From contig JBHGNT010000021.1 of NCBI GenBank assembly GCA_043228905.1, positions 12,400,001 to 12,464,000 of the forward strand: a stretch of 64,000 nucleotides of DNA, in the 5' to 3' direction. Of this stretch, positions 11,941 through 24,500 are shown one piece after another. The notes below the pieces were generated by a model. It worked only from the letters and a program-made list of their open reading frames with translations. It was not told the origin of the DNA and made no database searches. Made by a program: the position numbers and the translations under genes. Position 1 is the stretch's first letter. Every line of letters begins with the position of its first letter. Source of the stretch: Azolla caroliniana (taxonomy: Eukaryota; Plantae; Polypodiophyta).

Positions 11941-12548
11941 TGTTGTTGGGGTGGAGGGTGAAGCCTAGGCTTCACCCCCCTCCTAAGGGGGTTAAGTTAG
12001 AGAGAGAGAGAGAGAGAGCTAGAGAGAAAGACAAATAGAAAATGACACAAAATTGAGGGGGAAAAGCTTTTGTTCCTTATGTGCCCCATAAGGGATTTTT
12101 ATAGTACATAATGTAACAGTAAATAATGACCGTTACAAAAAGACAATCGTTACATTCTTGTCACACTCACATAATTGTGCATGTGCTCACACATACTCAT
12201 CCTCACACACTTGTATGCGTATTACATATTACACACCTTAGACTTTACACACCATACACATTACACCTATCCAACCCGTACACCTATACGGATAACACAT
12301 GGCACGCCTGTGGGACAGTGCATTGCACGTTGGACCCACAAGCCCATGCTGAAAGAATTCTTGTTGATCGGAACTCCATCGGTCTTCTCTCACAGTCAAA
12401 AATTCCTTGACCGGATTACTGCTTGACGATCGATAAATTTGATCAGAGCTGGCTTGACATGAACCTTCTCGTTCGGTCACCATAATCACACAATTGGATC
12501 GCACACCAATCGTCTTATCCATTGTGGTACCATTATTTAGGTTTATCA
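11941..12548 (-). mobile_element. Possible solo-LTR-like segment of unknown family
   Basis: Starts TGTTG, ends TATCA; minus-strand CTATAAAAAT followed by a (CT)-rich tract; palindrome GGGTGAAGCCTAGGCTTCACCC at about 11956-11977; no convincing TSD. Confidence 0.35.
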
Positions 12549-12949
12549 ATAATTGTGGGTGTATGTGGGTGTGTGTATATATAGATATAGATATGTTTTT
12601 CTTCCTTAGTATGTGCAGTGAAGTGGGGAATTAATGAACCTTTATTTTATTTTTATTATTTATTAAAAATAAAATGAATACTTTAACATTTATAATAAAT
12701 TGTGAAGAATAGCGCGGAATATCGCTCGGCCACAACCGAGTATTGAATCACAAAAATGGGGATGAACGAGAGAGTACACAGAAATGACACTGGATGTTTA
12801 CGTGGAAAACCCTAATAGGGAAAAACCACGGGAGCCCACGGACTCCAACTATCACTATATGAGAGGAAATAGAAAGTGGAGGCACAGAGGCAACGACCTT
12901 GTGTTCACGACCTTCGCCAAACGGCAGTTACAACAAAGAGTGCTCATAG

Positions 12950-13004
<55 letters not shown>

Positions 13005-13285
13005 CTCTGTACAGTAGTTATAGACATACAACAATATGTCAATCACAAAAATAACAATTGTACCTAAAGTGATTGCCCTAAGTCATATTTATACTTATAT
13101 GAACTTGGGGCTATTTACAAATATAGCCTCAATAGGCTTGGTCAAGATATATTTACGAATATTTCTCTCTTCCGGTTCTCACCAGGTCTCCTCCGGTTTC
13201 TGGATCTCTTCCGGTTCTCACCGGGGCCTCTTCATTCATCACCGGGTCCCATCCGGAGAGACCGATTTCCCAACAATCTCCCCCT

Positions 13286-15161
13286 TCACTCCAGCATGGA
13301 ATGTCTCGTCAGCTCGATTAGCTTTCGGCACGCGTCTAGCTTGCCGGTTGTCAACACCTTGGTCAGCATATACCTGACCCATTCTCCTCCATGTGGATCT
13401 TCATCAGCACGAACTCTTGATCTTCTACTCTCTCCCAGATCCAGTGTTACCTCCGCTGGATATGTTTCGTCTGGGAATGGTAGGCCGCATTCTTTGCAAG
13501 GTGGATGGCGCTTTGACTATTGCAGTAGAGCCAGTATTCCACCTGTTGGATCCCTAGCTCTCCGATGAAGTCCTTCATCCAGATTTTCTCCTTGCCGGCT
13601 TCTACAGTTGCCATGTACTCCGCCTCTGTGGTTCACAATGCAACCGTCTTCTACAACCTCGACTGCTACGAAACAGCTCCCCTTGCATAGGTCATGACAT
13701 ATCCGGATGTCGACCGGCTAGTATCTGCATCAGCCGACTAATCTGAATCCGTGAAACCATCGAGTTGGGGTTTTCCGGAGCCAAACAGGAGCCACATACT
13801 CGTGGTGCCTTTCAAATACCAGAGTATCCACTTGACCGTGTTCCAGTGCTCTCTTCCAGGATTGCTCATGAACCGGTTCACCACTCCGACTGCATATCTG
13901 ATATCCGGCTGGGTACATACCATATGCCTCTACCATCGCGTACATCAAGATCCCGATGGTAGAGGCATATGGTATCTTCATCATATCCGTCTTCTCCGCC
14001 TTTGTCCTCGGGCTTTGTTTTCCAGATACCTTGCAGTTTGTTGGAAGTGTCAATCCAACCGGTTTCACCTCCGACATGTTGAACCGTTGAAGCACCTTTG
14101 TCACATACTTCTCCTATGACAACCACATCAGTTTCTTCGACCGGTCCCGGATGACATGCATTCCCAATATCTGTCTTGCCGGCTCCAAGTCTTTCATTGA
14201 GAAGGTCCGGTTCAGAGCCTTCTCCAGCATCCGAATCTTGCCTTGGTCTCGCCCAACGATCAGCATATCATCCACATATAGGAGGAGTATCAGGAAATCT
14301 CCTCCATCAAATTTCTTCACAAACACGTAGTGATCGGCCTACATCTTGTGGTACCCTTGGTCGGTCATGAAGGTGTCAAACTTTTGGTACCATGGCCGGG
14401 GAGCTTGCTTCAGTCCATATAGGCTCTTCTTCAGCCGGCACACCAGGTGCTCCTTCCCTTTCTTCTCAAATCCTTCCAATTGATGCATGTAGATCTCTTC
14501 TTCGAGGTCACCATGGAGGAATGTCGTCTTCACGTCTAGTTGCTCTACCTCGAGGTCCATGCTTGCCGCAATGCCCAATACCGTCCGGATGTATGTCATC
14601 TTTACTACCAAGGCAAAGATCTCATCGAAGTCCACTCCTTTCTTCTGCTAGAAGCCCTTCACTATGATTCGGGCCTTATACCTTGGTGGATTTCCAACAT
14701 CTCCCAGTTTCAGCTTGTACACCCACTTGTTCCGGAGTGCTCTCTTCCCTTTCGGCAACTCTGTCAGTTCATATGTGTGGTTCTCATGCAGGGAATCCAT
14801 CTCGTCCTGCATGGCACTCAACCACTTGCGGTTGTGGGTGTCTCTCTTTGCTTCTTCGAAGCTTTCTGGCTCCCCCTCATCTATTAGCAACACATGCTCT
14901 GCATCCGGATATTTCTGGGAGGCTCTTCTTTCTCAGAGAGGATATCTAGGTCCTTGGTATCTGACTACCGGTTCGTCAGTCTGTTCCTCATCCTCATCTG
15001 ATTCGGGATCTTGTCTGGTTCCGGTGTCTTCTTCTTCTTCTTCTTTTTCTTCTTCAGTCGGTTCGGTTTCTTGTTCGAATCCGACCGGTTCATCGAGTGT
15101 CATCCGATTACTGGCTAACATCCCGTTTTCAATCGGGTAGGTCCTTGTGTCCTCAGCCCGG
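13286..15161 (-). pseudogene. Copia-2 RT-RNase H part
   Basis: EPESFEEA..RYKARIIVKGF, QLDVKTTFLHGDL, LLYVDDMLI; in-frame stops and frameshifts. Confidence 0.9.
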
Positions 15162-15850
15162 TGTTGCGTTGCTACGCACGTGCGTAGAGAAGGGCGGGAC
15201 CACAAGGGTCTTGGACTAAGGAGTAGAGGAGAAGGAGGAGAGCGGAAAGGCAACGGACCCTCTTACACACGCACTGACACGGGAGCGCATAGGAATCACA
15301 GTCCAACAACACAGCAAAACGAGATGACCAGAAGTTCGAGTATATGAACACGTATGTATATTAATATAAGTATAAATATCGAGACGGTTACAACTAACAG
15401 GACGGCAAGGCGAACACCGAAGCTTGTTCACTCACACAAACAAAAGAGCGAGATGGAGATTCTGCCGGAAGCACACGGGCGTTCCACGGGACAGAATCAG
15501 CCTCCCGAGAGCTTGCGCAAAAGAAGGCTATGGAGAACGACAGAGAAGAAGAGCTCGGTCCCAGTCCGACAGCACTTCGTTCCCTCTAGCGCGCGATACC
15601 CTTCTCTCCTCATCTCCCTCTCTTTTATAGCTCAAGGAGGGGGGCCGTCTCACCCGTTTACATCACATTAACTCTCTGTCCTTTCGGACAGAGATACTCC
15701 TCGATTTCCCTTACAGAATATTGCTACCTAGGATTTAACTTTTGTGCCTACCCATCCACCGTACAACAAGGGACGTGCCCACGTGAAAGGGCCGGTTCAC
15801 ACACACTATACACGGTTTGCGCTTGGGGACGGTTTTCTTCACGACATCCG

Positions 15851-16473
15851 TGTTGGGAGACAGGTCCCTCCGGATGGGAAGGAAGAAGAACAGTGCCGAT
15901 GAACAAAACTCGGCTACGGAGAGCCGGATGGTGCAGGCCCGGTATGAACCGGATGAGGAGTACCCGGCTACGGAGAGCCGAATGGTGCAGAACCGGTGAG
16001 AACCGGAGGAAGAGACATATTCGTAAATATGTTTCTGAGAGCCCATCGAGGCTATATTTGTAAATAGCCGAAAAGTCATATTAGTATAAATATGACTTAG
16101 GGCAAACTTTTAGGTAGTCGTTACTTTTCTTGTTGGTGCAAGAAGAAGAGAGAGCACGTAATAGTGTACAGAGAGAGAGAGAGAGAAAGAGGTCGTTGCC
16201 TCTGTTGTAACCGCCGCCTGTGGCGAAGAGCGTGAGTCCGAGGTCGTTGCCTCCGAGAACTCACTGTTTTGTACATTCATACATAGTGACAGTTTGCAGC
16301 CTGTGGGCTGCCGTGGTTTTTCCCTTAGTTTGGGGTTTTCCACGTAAACCTCCTGTGTAGTGTGTGTGTATCTTCCTCTCCTTTGTGTCGCGCTTTATTT
16401 CCCGTTTTCTGTGTATCATTCTACGCTCGGTTGTGGCCGAGCGTTGCGCATAAGGAATGTTGGGTTCCCGTCA
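15851..16473 (+). mobile_element. Copia solo LTR at the PPT/3'LTR junction of Gypsy-A
   Basis: TGTTGGGAGACAGGTCCCTCCGGATGGG...CA, similar to LTR 30636-31291; 5-bp TSD atccg (15846-15850, 16474-16478). Confidence 0.88.
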
Positions 16474-17169
16474 ATCCGCCCCCACCTAACCGCGCATCCA
16501 CCGGTATGCGCCAAAATTGGGTTCCTATGGGAGAAAACCGATCCTTGCTTTTATTCCCCGTCTACTGGTTCATCCTCCGCCTCGGGCTGCTCGTCGTCGT
16601 TGTCCATGCCCCCTTGCTCCGGCTCCCCGTCGTGTCGCTTCTTGAACTTTTTGACCCTCTTCCCCGCTACCGGTATCGCCATTCTCGTACCGTCAAGCTC
16701 CGCGAGATGGTACGTCCCATTGTTGTTGGCGCCTGTTACTACGTAAGGCCCGAACCACCTCCTCACAAACTTCCACGTGGCCTTGTGCTGGTTGTCGAGG
16801 CTACTGTCGTAGACTAGCACCCAGTCGCCTTCCTCGATCTTCCTTGGCCGGAGCCGGTGTGTTCGGTCAAACCGGGCTTTGCTCCTTATCCTCGCTACCC
16901 GAAGTTTCTCCGCGGCCCGCTCTACGTCCTCCGGCCTCCGCTCGAGCTGTCGAATCCGCGCCGCCAACAGTTCCTCCCGGCTCATCTCATCCCTCCAGTC
17001 CACCGTGGCCCACGAGGAGATCGTTCGCTCTGTTGGCATGATCGGCTTCTGTCCGAACATAAGCTCGGCCGGCATGAACCCGGTTACCGAACTATGCGTA
17101 GTCCGGTCCGCCCACAAGGCATAAGGTAGCAGCCATGGCCAGTCCCCGACTCGGCCTCCGCACGCCCGT

Positions 17170-20100
17170 TGTCGTGAAGATTTTCGTCCATAAGCGGAAA
17201 CCGGGGTGGAAGGGCAAGTCAGTGGTGTGCAACATGTGCACATGTATACTAGGATATGGTGTATAGAAAGAGAGGGGAAATTTTCGTCCCACATTGTAAG
17301 GTCCCTCCCTCCTTGGGCTATAAAAGGAGGGGAGGGGTCACTTATGAGGGGGTTGCCTATTTTGTGCGAGTAAGGTATACCACATAGTCGAGGGTTCTCC
17401 CTCTTCCCATTTCGTTTTAGGGTTAGGGTTTCGGTTAGGGTTTTCTTCTTGGGTTTCCCTCTAGGGTTTTCGGATAGTCATTTTGGTGCGGCCATGGCGG
17501 CCACCACTGTTGTAACCGTTCGTTGTTTTAACATAACTTGTTGAACATCTTGCCTCCGTGGATCTCTCCTTCGATGTCGTGGTCTTATTCTTTCCTCTTC
17601 TCCTCTTGAGCTAAGCCTCCATATCATGTCCTATTCTTTCTCCTCCACTCCCTAGTCCAAGACCCCCGCGGTCCCGCCCCTTCTACACGCACGCGCGTAA
17701 CAACGCGACATCTTTGGTGAACCCGACGTGAAGGGCGGTAAGGGAGCATGGAGATGGAAGAAGACATGGACTTCGAGGAGATGATGGCAAAAATCGTGAT
17801 GGAAGCCGAACGGAAGATGGCGAAGCGAGATGCGGCTCAACAAGCCGTCGAAAGGGTGGTCGATCGAGTCGGCCGATTCAACGGAGACGATGTCCCGAGG
17901 TTCTTGGAAGCGTACAAGGCCGAGATGGCGAAAGGGGGCGTGGATGAGGAGATGCGGCTAGAGTATTTTCCTCGAGTGGCGGCCGCATCGGTGCACAAGG
18001 AGGTCAAGGAGCTACGAGAAGCTCACGAGTCGTGGGTGTCCTTGGAGGTAGCCCTATTGGAAGCATGCAGATACGCGAAACCGGAGTGGGTATGCCGGCA
18101 ACCCGATGGGGAGCGGTCGGCAACAACGTGGCCCGCGAGCGGCGGAGAAGAGAGAGCGGTGAGTGAGTACGCACTACCGCCGGAAGAGAGCTCAACGCAA
18201 AATGGTCCGGAGGAACTCGACCTGGAGGTGCTAATACGGGAGGCATGTGAGCTTGTGAAGGCGAAAATCGGAGCCGAAGAAGGGTTTGTTATGGAGACGG
18301 GCCGGAGGCGATCGGAGGATGCGGAGGAAGAAGCCTCCCTAGACGTAGAAGACGGGGCCTATACGGAGGCCGAGAGAGCGTACGACGACGACATAGGAGA
18401 GGGTGCAGAGCAAGTGACCCTCTTGCCTTGCGGTGAAGGGACGGCCATGGAGGCCGGTAACTACGGATTCGGGACATGGTGGCCCGAAACATTGAGTGAG
18501 GAGCGGACAAGCGGCGGTGCCGCGACCTTACACACACCGGTCCTAGAGACTCTGGCATCCGGCCCGAGAGCCGGTGTGAGACCTAGAGTGACGGACGATG
18601 GCGGCGGCAAGGCGGGCAACCGAGACGACGACATGGGAGAGATGGTGGCAAGTGTAATCGAGGCTTGCGGAATCCGAGATGGGGTAGCCGCGGACAACGA
18701 CGACCGGACGGAAGCGGCTACTGACACGACGAGTGGCGGTGCCGGGTCCTTACCCACACTGGTCCTAGAGGCACCGGCGGCCAGCTCGAGTGCCGGCGTG
18801 AGACCTAGAGCGACGGGCGGTGGTGGCAGCAAGGCGGCCTACCACGGCGACGAAGAGAACGAGGAAGAGATAGCCACGGACCACGGCGTCCGAACGAAGG
18901 TGGCTACGATCATGGCCTCGGCGAGTAACGGTATCGGGACTTTTCCCACACCTATTCTAGAGACTTCGGCAGTCGGCCCCGAGAGCCCACGTGAGACCGG
19001 AGAGACGGAAGGTGGCGGCGGCAAAGCGGACGATCGAAACGACGACGAGGAAGGTCATAGCGGATGGAGGCAAGATCTCTCGACACCGAGACCGGAGACT
19101 ACGGCGGTTGCGCTCGAATGCCAACATAAGACCGGAGAGAAGGGCGGTGGCCGTGAGGAGGTGTGGCCCGGAGCGAACACGTACGAAGATGAGGACGCGA
19201 GGCCCGGAACGGGCATATACGAGAGGACCGACGGAGAGGTCGGGAGCGGCAAAGAGGAGAGAGTCGGGAACCGACCCGACCGGAAGATGGACCGGTCGAT
19301 AATCCGACATGACCGGAAGACGACGCGAAAGAACATTGGAGCGGGGTCTGGTCAACCGGGCCCGAACCGAAGAAGAGCTGGCAAGGTCGGATTTGTTCGG
19401 ACAAACATCTACCGGCCGGCTACGATTACGGAAGGGAGCCGACCTAACCGGAACTCGATCGGCCGAGACCGATCCGGGCGAAGGCAAAGTTGGCACGGTT
19501 GGAGGTCGAGGCGAACGGGCCACAACACCCGGTGGGAGCTGGTGAGCGCGAGAAGGAAGCTAACCGGGCACGGTGATTACAGCTTGGCAGAAGACCGAGA
19601 GCGAGAGGAGACCTCCACATCTATCCTTGAGACTTCGGCGGTTGCGGATCAACATAAGACCGGAGACACGACGGGTGGCGGCGAGGAGTCGGGGACCGGA
19701 ACTGACGAGGCCACTAGAACGGGTACCCGGTGCGTGAAGACGGATGAGCACGGCCAAGACGGCAAGCCGGAGTCGAAAGGGGCTACAGCAAGAAAGGACG
19801 AAGAGACCGACGCGGAGGTCGGGACTACAACGAGGGAAGTGTGTAACGCAAACCATGCATTACGGCGTAGAACGGAGCATGCACTACGGTCGGCGAAGGG
19901 CCAAGAAGCAAGCATGCACCCGGAAGAGCCGCAACGAGTGACCGACGATGACGGTCAGGGAAAGCCTTCAAGAGGCAAGTGCGGGACGACGGGCGGTGCG
20001 ACGAGACGCCAAGATCAACAAAACGAGACGGGCGTGATCAGCGTGAACGAAGGATTGTGTCTGGGAAAACGGAGGGGATGCGCGGAGAACAACGGGGTAC

Positions 20101-21586
20101 ACACCGGGAAGAGAAAACGTGGCGACTTCCCGGAGGGCATACAAGGCCAGGCGGACCAAGAGGGTGTACCTTGGGGCGAAGCGGCAACATCGGAGGTTGC
20201 GGAGGACACCGAAGATGAGAGCACCGACACGGATGTCGGGGAAGCAACGTACCTTTTCAAAAGGGGACGTAGAGCGGAGCGGAGTGCGAGACGTGCGATG
20301 TGGCCGCGTAAGGGCCGAACGACAAGCATGAGGATGACCGGTGAGCATGGAAGGCTATGTCTTGAGAATCGGAGGAGGTGCGTGGAGAGCAACGGGCTAC
20401 GGAAGCGCGGCGTCTCGGAAGGCATGCGAGGCCAAGCGGGCCAAGAGGACGAGAGACGGGATGAAGCGGTAATGGGAGTCGCGAAGGACACTGACATGGT
20501 GGTCGGGATGACAGTACGCTCTACGGCGAGAGAGCACAGCGAGCGAGGGAGAAGCGAGGAGCGCGTAATGAGGTCACCGAGGGACCGAAGAACGAGCGCA
20601 TGTTCGGGAGACAACAAGGACGCACGGAAAGTGCCTACGGAAGCCAAGTGCAGAACGAAGGGAGTCGGTACGAGGTGTTCGAGGAGAGGAGAAGGTCGAG
20701 CCGGAGGTGGAACACACGCGATACGCGAGGAGCGGCACCCGACGAGCAATCGAAGTAATCGGGGGTCTAAACGGAGGACATGCGCGGAGAGCGAAGGAAG
20801 GGAGACCGGATCGGCAACGGTGTTCAGGATGGCCGGTCGAAGAAGAAGGTGCACGCGGTGGACGTGGTGGATCGGATGGAGTCGGCGGGTCGGGGCCGGC
20901 AAGACGGATCGGCGCCAGCAAGGGACCGGCAAGAAGGTTGGGTGCCGGTAAGGCGAAAGACCCGGTTGATCACCGTGGACGAAATCTCTCACCCTTTTTC
21001 CTTTCTTGGCACATACCGGTGGATGTGCGGTTTGGTGGGGGTGGATGTCGTGAAGATTTTCGTCCATAAGTGGAAACCGGGGTGGAAGGGCAAGTCGGTG
21101 GTGTGCAACATGTGCACATGTATACTAGGATATGGTGTATAGAAAGAGAGGGGAAATTTTCGTCCCACATTGTAAGGTCCCTCCCTCCTTGGGCTATAAA
21201 AGGAGGGGAGGGGTCACTTATGAGGGGGTTGCTTATTTTGTGCGAGTAAGGTATACCACTTAGTCGAGGGTTCTCCCTCTTCCCATTTCATTTTAGGGTT
21301 AGGGTTTCGGTTAGGGTTTTCTTCTTGGGTTTCCCTCTAGGGTTTTCGGATAGTCATTTTGGTGCGGCCATGGCGGCCACCACTGTTGTAACCGTTCGTT
21401 GTTTTAACATAACTTGTTGAACATCTTGCCTCCGTGGATCTCTCCTTCGATGTCGTGGTCTTATTCTTTCCTCTTCTCCTCTTGAGCTAAGCCTCCATAT
21501 CATGTCCTATTCTTTCTCCTCCACTCCCTAGTCCAAGACCCCCGCGGTCCCGACCCTTCTACACGCACGCGCGTAACAACGCGACA
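17170..21586 (+). mobile_element. Non-autonomous gag-only LTR element (TR-GAG/LARD-like) of the 4-bp-TSD Gypsy group
   Basis: 541-bp near-identical LTRs 17170-17710 and 21046-21586; TSD ccgt/ccgt; PBS TGGTGAACCCGACGTGAA 17715-17732; same pre-LTR motif and PPT as the autonomous copies; no PR/RT/RH/INT motifs. Confidence 0.93.
17748..20951 (+). CDS. 1067-aa ORF: Gag N-terminal homology plus long repetitive, low-complexity tail
   Basis: AVERVVDRVGRFNGDDVPRFLEAYKAEM..FPRVAAASVHKEV..W aligns with AIEAVVGTIGRFDGKDATKYLASYGAEM..FPRVAMPSIHAEV..W of the autonomous Gag; fills the whole internal region. Confidence 0.7.
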   Translation: MEMEEDMDFEEMMAKIVMEAERKMAKRDAAQQAVERVVDRVGRFNGDDVPRFLEAYKAEMAKGGVDEEMRLEYFPRVAAASVHKEVKELREAHESWVSLEVALLEACRYAKPEWVCRQPDGERSATTWPASGGEERAVSEYALPPEESSTQNGPEELDLEVLIREACELVKAKIGAEEGFVMETGRRRSEDAEEEASLDVEDGAYTEAERAYDDDIGEGAEQVTLLPCGEGTAMEAGNYGFGTWWPETLSEERTSGGAATLHTPVLETLASGPRAGVRPRVTDDGGGKAGNRDDDMGEMVASVIEACGIRDGVAADNDDRTEAATDTTSGGAGSLPTLVLEAPAASSSAGVRPRATGGGGSKAAYHGDEENEEEIATDHGVRTKVATIMASASNGIGTFPTPILETSAVGPESPRETGETEGGGGKADDRNDDEEGHSGWRQDLSTPRPETTAVALECQHKTGEKGGGREEVWPGANTYEDEDARPGTGIYERTDGEVGSGKEERVGNRPDRKMDRSIIRHDRKTTRKNIGAGSGQPGPNRRRAGKVGFVRTNIYRPATITEGSRPNRNSIGRDRSGRRQSWHGWRSRRTGHNTRWELVSARRKLTGHGDYSLAEDREREETSTSILETSAVADQHKTGDTTGGGEESGTGTDEATRTGTRCVKTDEHGQDGKPESKGATARKDEETDAEVGTTTREVCNANHALRRRTEHALRSAKGQEASMHPEEPQRVTDDDGQGKPSRGKCGTTGGATRRQDQQNETGVISVNEGLCLGKRRGCAENNGVHTGKRKRGDFPEGIQGQADQEGVPWGEAATSEVAEDTEDESTDTDVGEATYLFKRGRRAERSARRAMWPRKGRTTSMRMTGEHGRLCLENRRRCVESNGLRKRGVSEGMRGQAGQEDERRDEAVMGVAKDTDMVVGMTVRSTAREHSERGRSEERVMRSPRDRRTSACSGDNKDARKVPTEAKCRTKGVGTRCSRRGEGRAGGGTHAIREERHPTSNRSNRGSKRRTCAESEGRETGSATVFRMAGRRRRCTRWTWWIGWSRRVGAGKTDRRQQGTGKKVGCR

Positions 21587-24500
21587 CCGTACTAACGCTT
21601 TGACAAGTGGCCCGTGTCCGCGTTCCACCTTCCCGTTCGCCTCCGGATTGTACGCTGTGGTGAGCGAAAGTTTGACTCCTAACCGGTCGAACAGCTCTTC
21701 GGCCTCTTCTACGTCCAGCTCACCACGGTCAGCCACGATCTTCCCTACGCACCCGTATCGGCATACTACGTCCTCAATCAAAAACTGGCACACGGCTGCC
21801 GTCGTCTTGTTCTGCAGGGCTCGGCCTTCAACCTGGTTCGTTAGATCTTCCCGAGCCAGCACCAGATACCGCATCTGTCCTACCCCCATTGGCATCATCA
21901 CCAAATCCACCATCCACTTGAAATGGACGGTCGGAGGGTAGGTCGGGTGAAGCTCGTCCCGATGTTGGATCATGGAGTGCACCTAGCAGCTTTCGCAAGT
22001 CGTCACGAACCGATGCACGTCCCGGTATAGTCCCAGCCACCAGTACTTCCCCTTTAGCTTTTCGAACGTGGCCCACGTTCCACGGTGTCCAGCCCACGGG
22101 CTATCGTGGTACGCCGCCAGCAAATCCTCCTGATCCTCCTTCTTCGCCACCACTCGGAGCTAGATGTCGTTCCTCTTCTTTGGGTGCCTCCATATGTATC
22201 CATCCTGGAGAAAGAATCGATTGGCTTTCTTCCGAATCCGGTTGGCCTCGTCCGTTGTCCATGCCATGTCTGGTGTCATTGTCTTCAGGAACCCACCGAT
22301 CTGCAGCCACTCCCCGTCGTACTTGCTCTCGTCGAAATCATTAAGCGTTGGAGTGCATTCCCTGCCGGTTGTTACGTGAGCCGCCTTGAAGAAGTCCACG
22401 CCGACTTCCTCGTCCTCCGAATCCATGCCGCCCTCGTTTTCGAACCTCGCCCTTGAAAGCATGTCGGCCATGGCATTGTCTTTCCCGGAAATGTGTCGTA
22501 TTTCCGGATTCAGGGACTTGATGTACGCTATCCACCTGAGCATTGCCAGGTCCGGTGTCGCGCATCCGGAAACCATGCCAAGAATTGGCAGGTAGTCCGT
22601 CTCGATAATTACCTATGCCCCGATCAGGTAATCTTTATCCGTCTTTACGGCCGAAACGATACCCTAGAGCTCGCGTTTAACCTGGGCGTATCCTCGCTGT
22701 CGCTCGCTGAGGACCTTCGCGCCGAACCGGATCGGGAGACGCATGCCGTCCTCGTCCTCTTGGTTGACGACCCATCCGATCCCGGTCGGACTCGTGTCTA
22801 TCGTTACGTAAATCGGAGTGTCCTTTCCGTAGACAGCCTTTCGGAGCGCCGGAGCTGCGGCAAGGGCTTCCTTCATCTTCCAGACAAACTCCGTATGCTC
22901 GCCTCTCCACTCGAATTTTCGCCCCTTTTTCAGCAACCCGTATAACAGCCCCGCGACGTGAGCGTAATGCGGGATCCATATGTGGTAGAACACGCACGCT
23001 CCCAAGAACCTCCGAACCTCTGTGACCGAGCTACAGTCATTCTTCATCGCCGAGATGGCTTCTACCTTAGTCGGAGATGGTTTCCGGCCGTACGGCCCGC
23101 ATAGGTGTCCGACGACCATGATCTCTGATTGCCCGAAGGCCGACTTTCCCCCGGAGAAGGTGAGCCTCGCGCTCTCCAACCTCTGCAGCACCTTCTCGCA
23201 GTCATCGATGTGCGTCGCCACAAATTTCCGGCACCCGTCCAGTCCGATCGTCTCGTCCATTTCCTCCACCGGGCATCCCTTGATCGGGACGTCGTCCAAA
23301 AACGGCATGGTGATGTCCGGGATACAATCCCTCAGCACTTTGTTCATTGCGTCCACCATGTGAGCCACCGAGTTCGTCCCTCCTTGCGGCAGGGTACACA
23401 TCCGTACAAGGCCGAGAGGAGTTCGCATTGTCGTGATGTCTCTACTCTCTACGGCAAGCTGAAACTGATCGTACCCCGAGTAGAGATCACAGACCGAGTA
23501 AATCGACCTTCCGGCGAAGGCCTCCGCGAACTCGTCTATTGTCGGTCCGATTCCTGCGTTTTGAATGGTCACCTTGTTGACCAGCTGCAAGTCTTGGATA
23601 AAGCGCAGCGTGCCGTCCTTCTTTGGCACGGTAAACCACCGATTCAAGTATGGGGCACTCAACGGTTCGAGGATTCCCATCTCGACCTTCTGCTTTAACA
23701 GCTCCATCAACTTCGGGATGTGAGCTCTGGGTACTGGAATCGGTTTGAGACTCCACGGCACATGCGGTACCGCGAATATCACCATCGGTTCACGATTGTT
23801 GGGTCTACGTACCCGATCTCCTCCGGTGAGAATGCGAAAGCCTTCCCGTGCCTTCCGAGCATTCCCCAAAAACGGTCCTCTTCTGCCTGCAGTAGGAAGC
23901 CGCCCCCACCGATTTTGAGCTCGCGTAGCGTTATGTCGGTGAACGTGTGTCCTATGCATGCCGGATTTCGTAAACTCGGGTCCGACGCTCCCCCTTTTAT
24001 TCGCAACCCGCTGCCCTCCGTCAAGGGAGCCGCGACTGGCCTCACCTTCCGATCCACAGTCTTGTACCTCGTGTCCACCCGGGCCGTCCGATCCGACTCG
24101 AGCCCTTTACTGAAGTCCGCGATGACTTCGTACATCTTTTCCGAACATACCGGAATCGTCCGGTCCTTTTTAAGGACTCCTCCGACTACCTCCCGCAGCT
24201 CCCCCAAGGTATCGTCGAAAGAGACCGCCTCCACGGCCCCGTTGATTTCCTCTCCGAGGCCGAGGATACCACATGCCCAAAGTCGCTCCTCTGCCCTCTT
24301 CTTCTTCCGTCCAACAACGTCGACTATCGTACACCCTCCGTTGTCGGAGAACCAAAATTTCCTACTTATAGTACAGGCTTTCTCCGCTATCGTACATTTG
24401 TGGGGTTTTTCCTTGATAGCCCTCTCTAAAAATCTTCTCAGCTTTCGCCCCCGAGGGTCTCGCGGTTCCGCTCATGGTTCGGCCTCACCGTCAGGAACTG

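Noticed and set aside
20015-21067. 350-aa antisense ORF in the non-autonomous element
   Set aside because: Starts in the LTR, no recognisable motifs; an expected shadow ORF in GC-rich, purine-skewed sequence.
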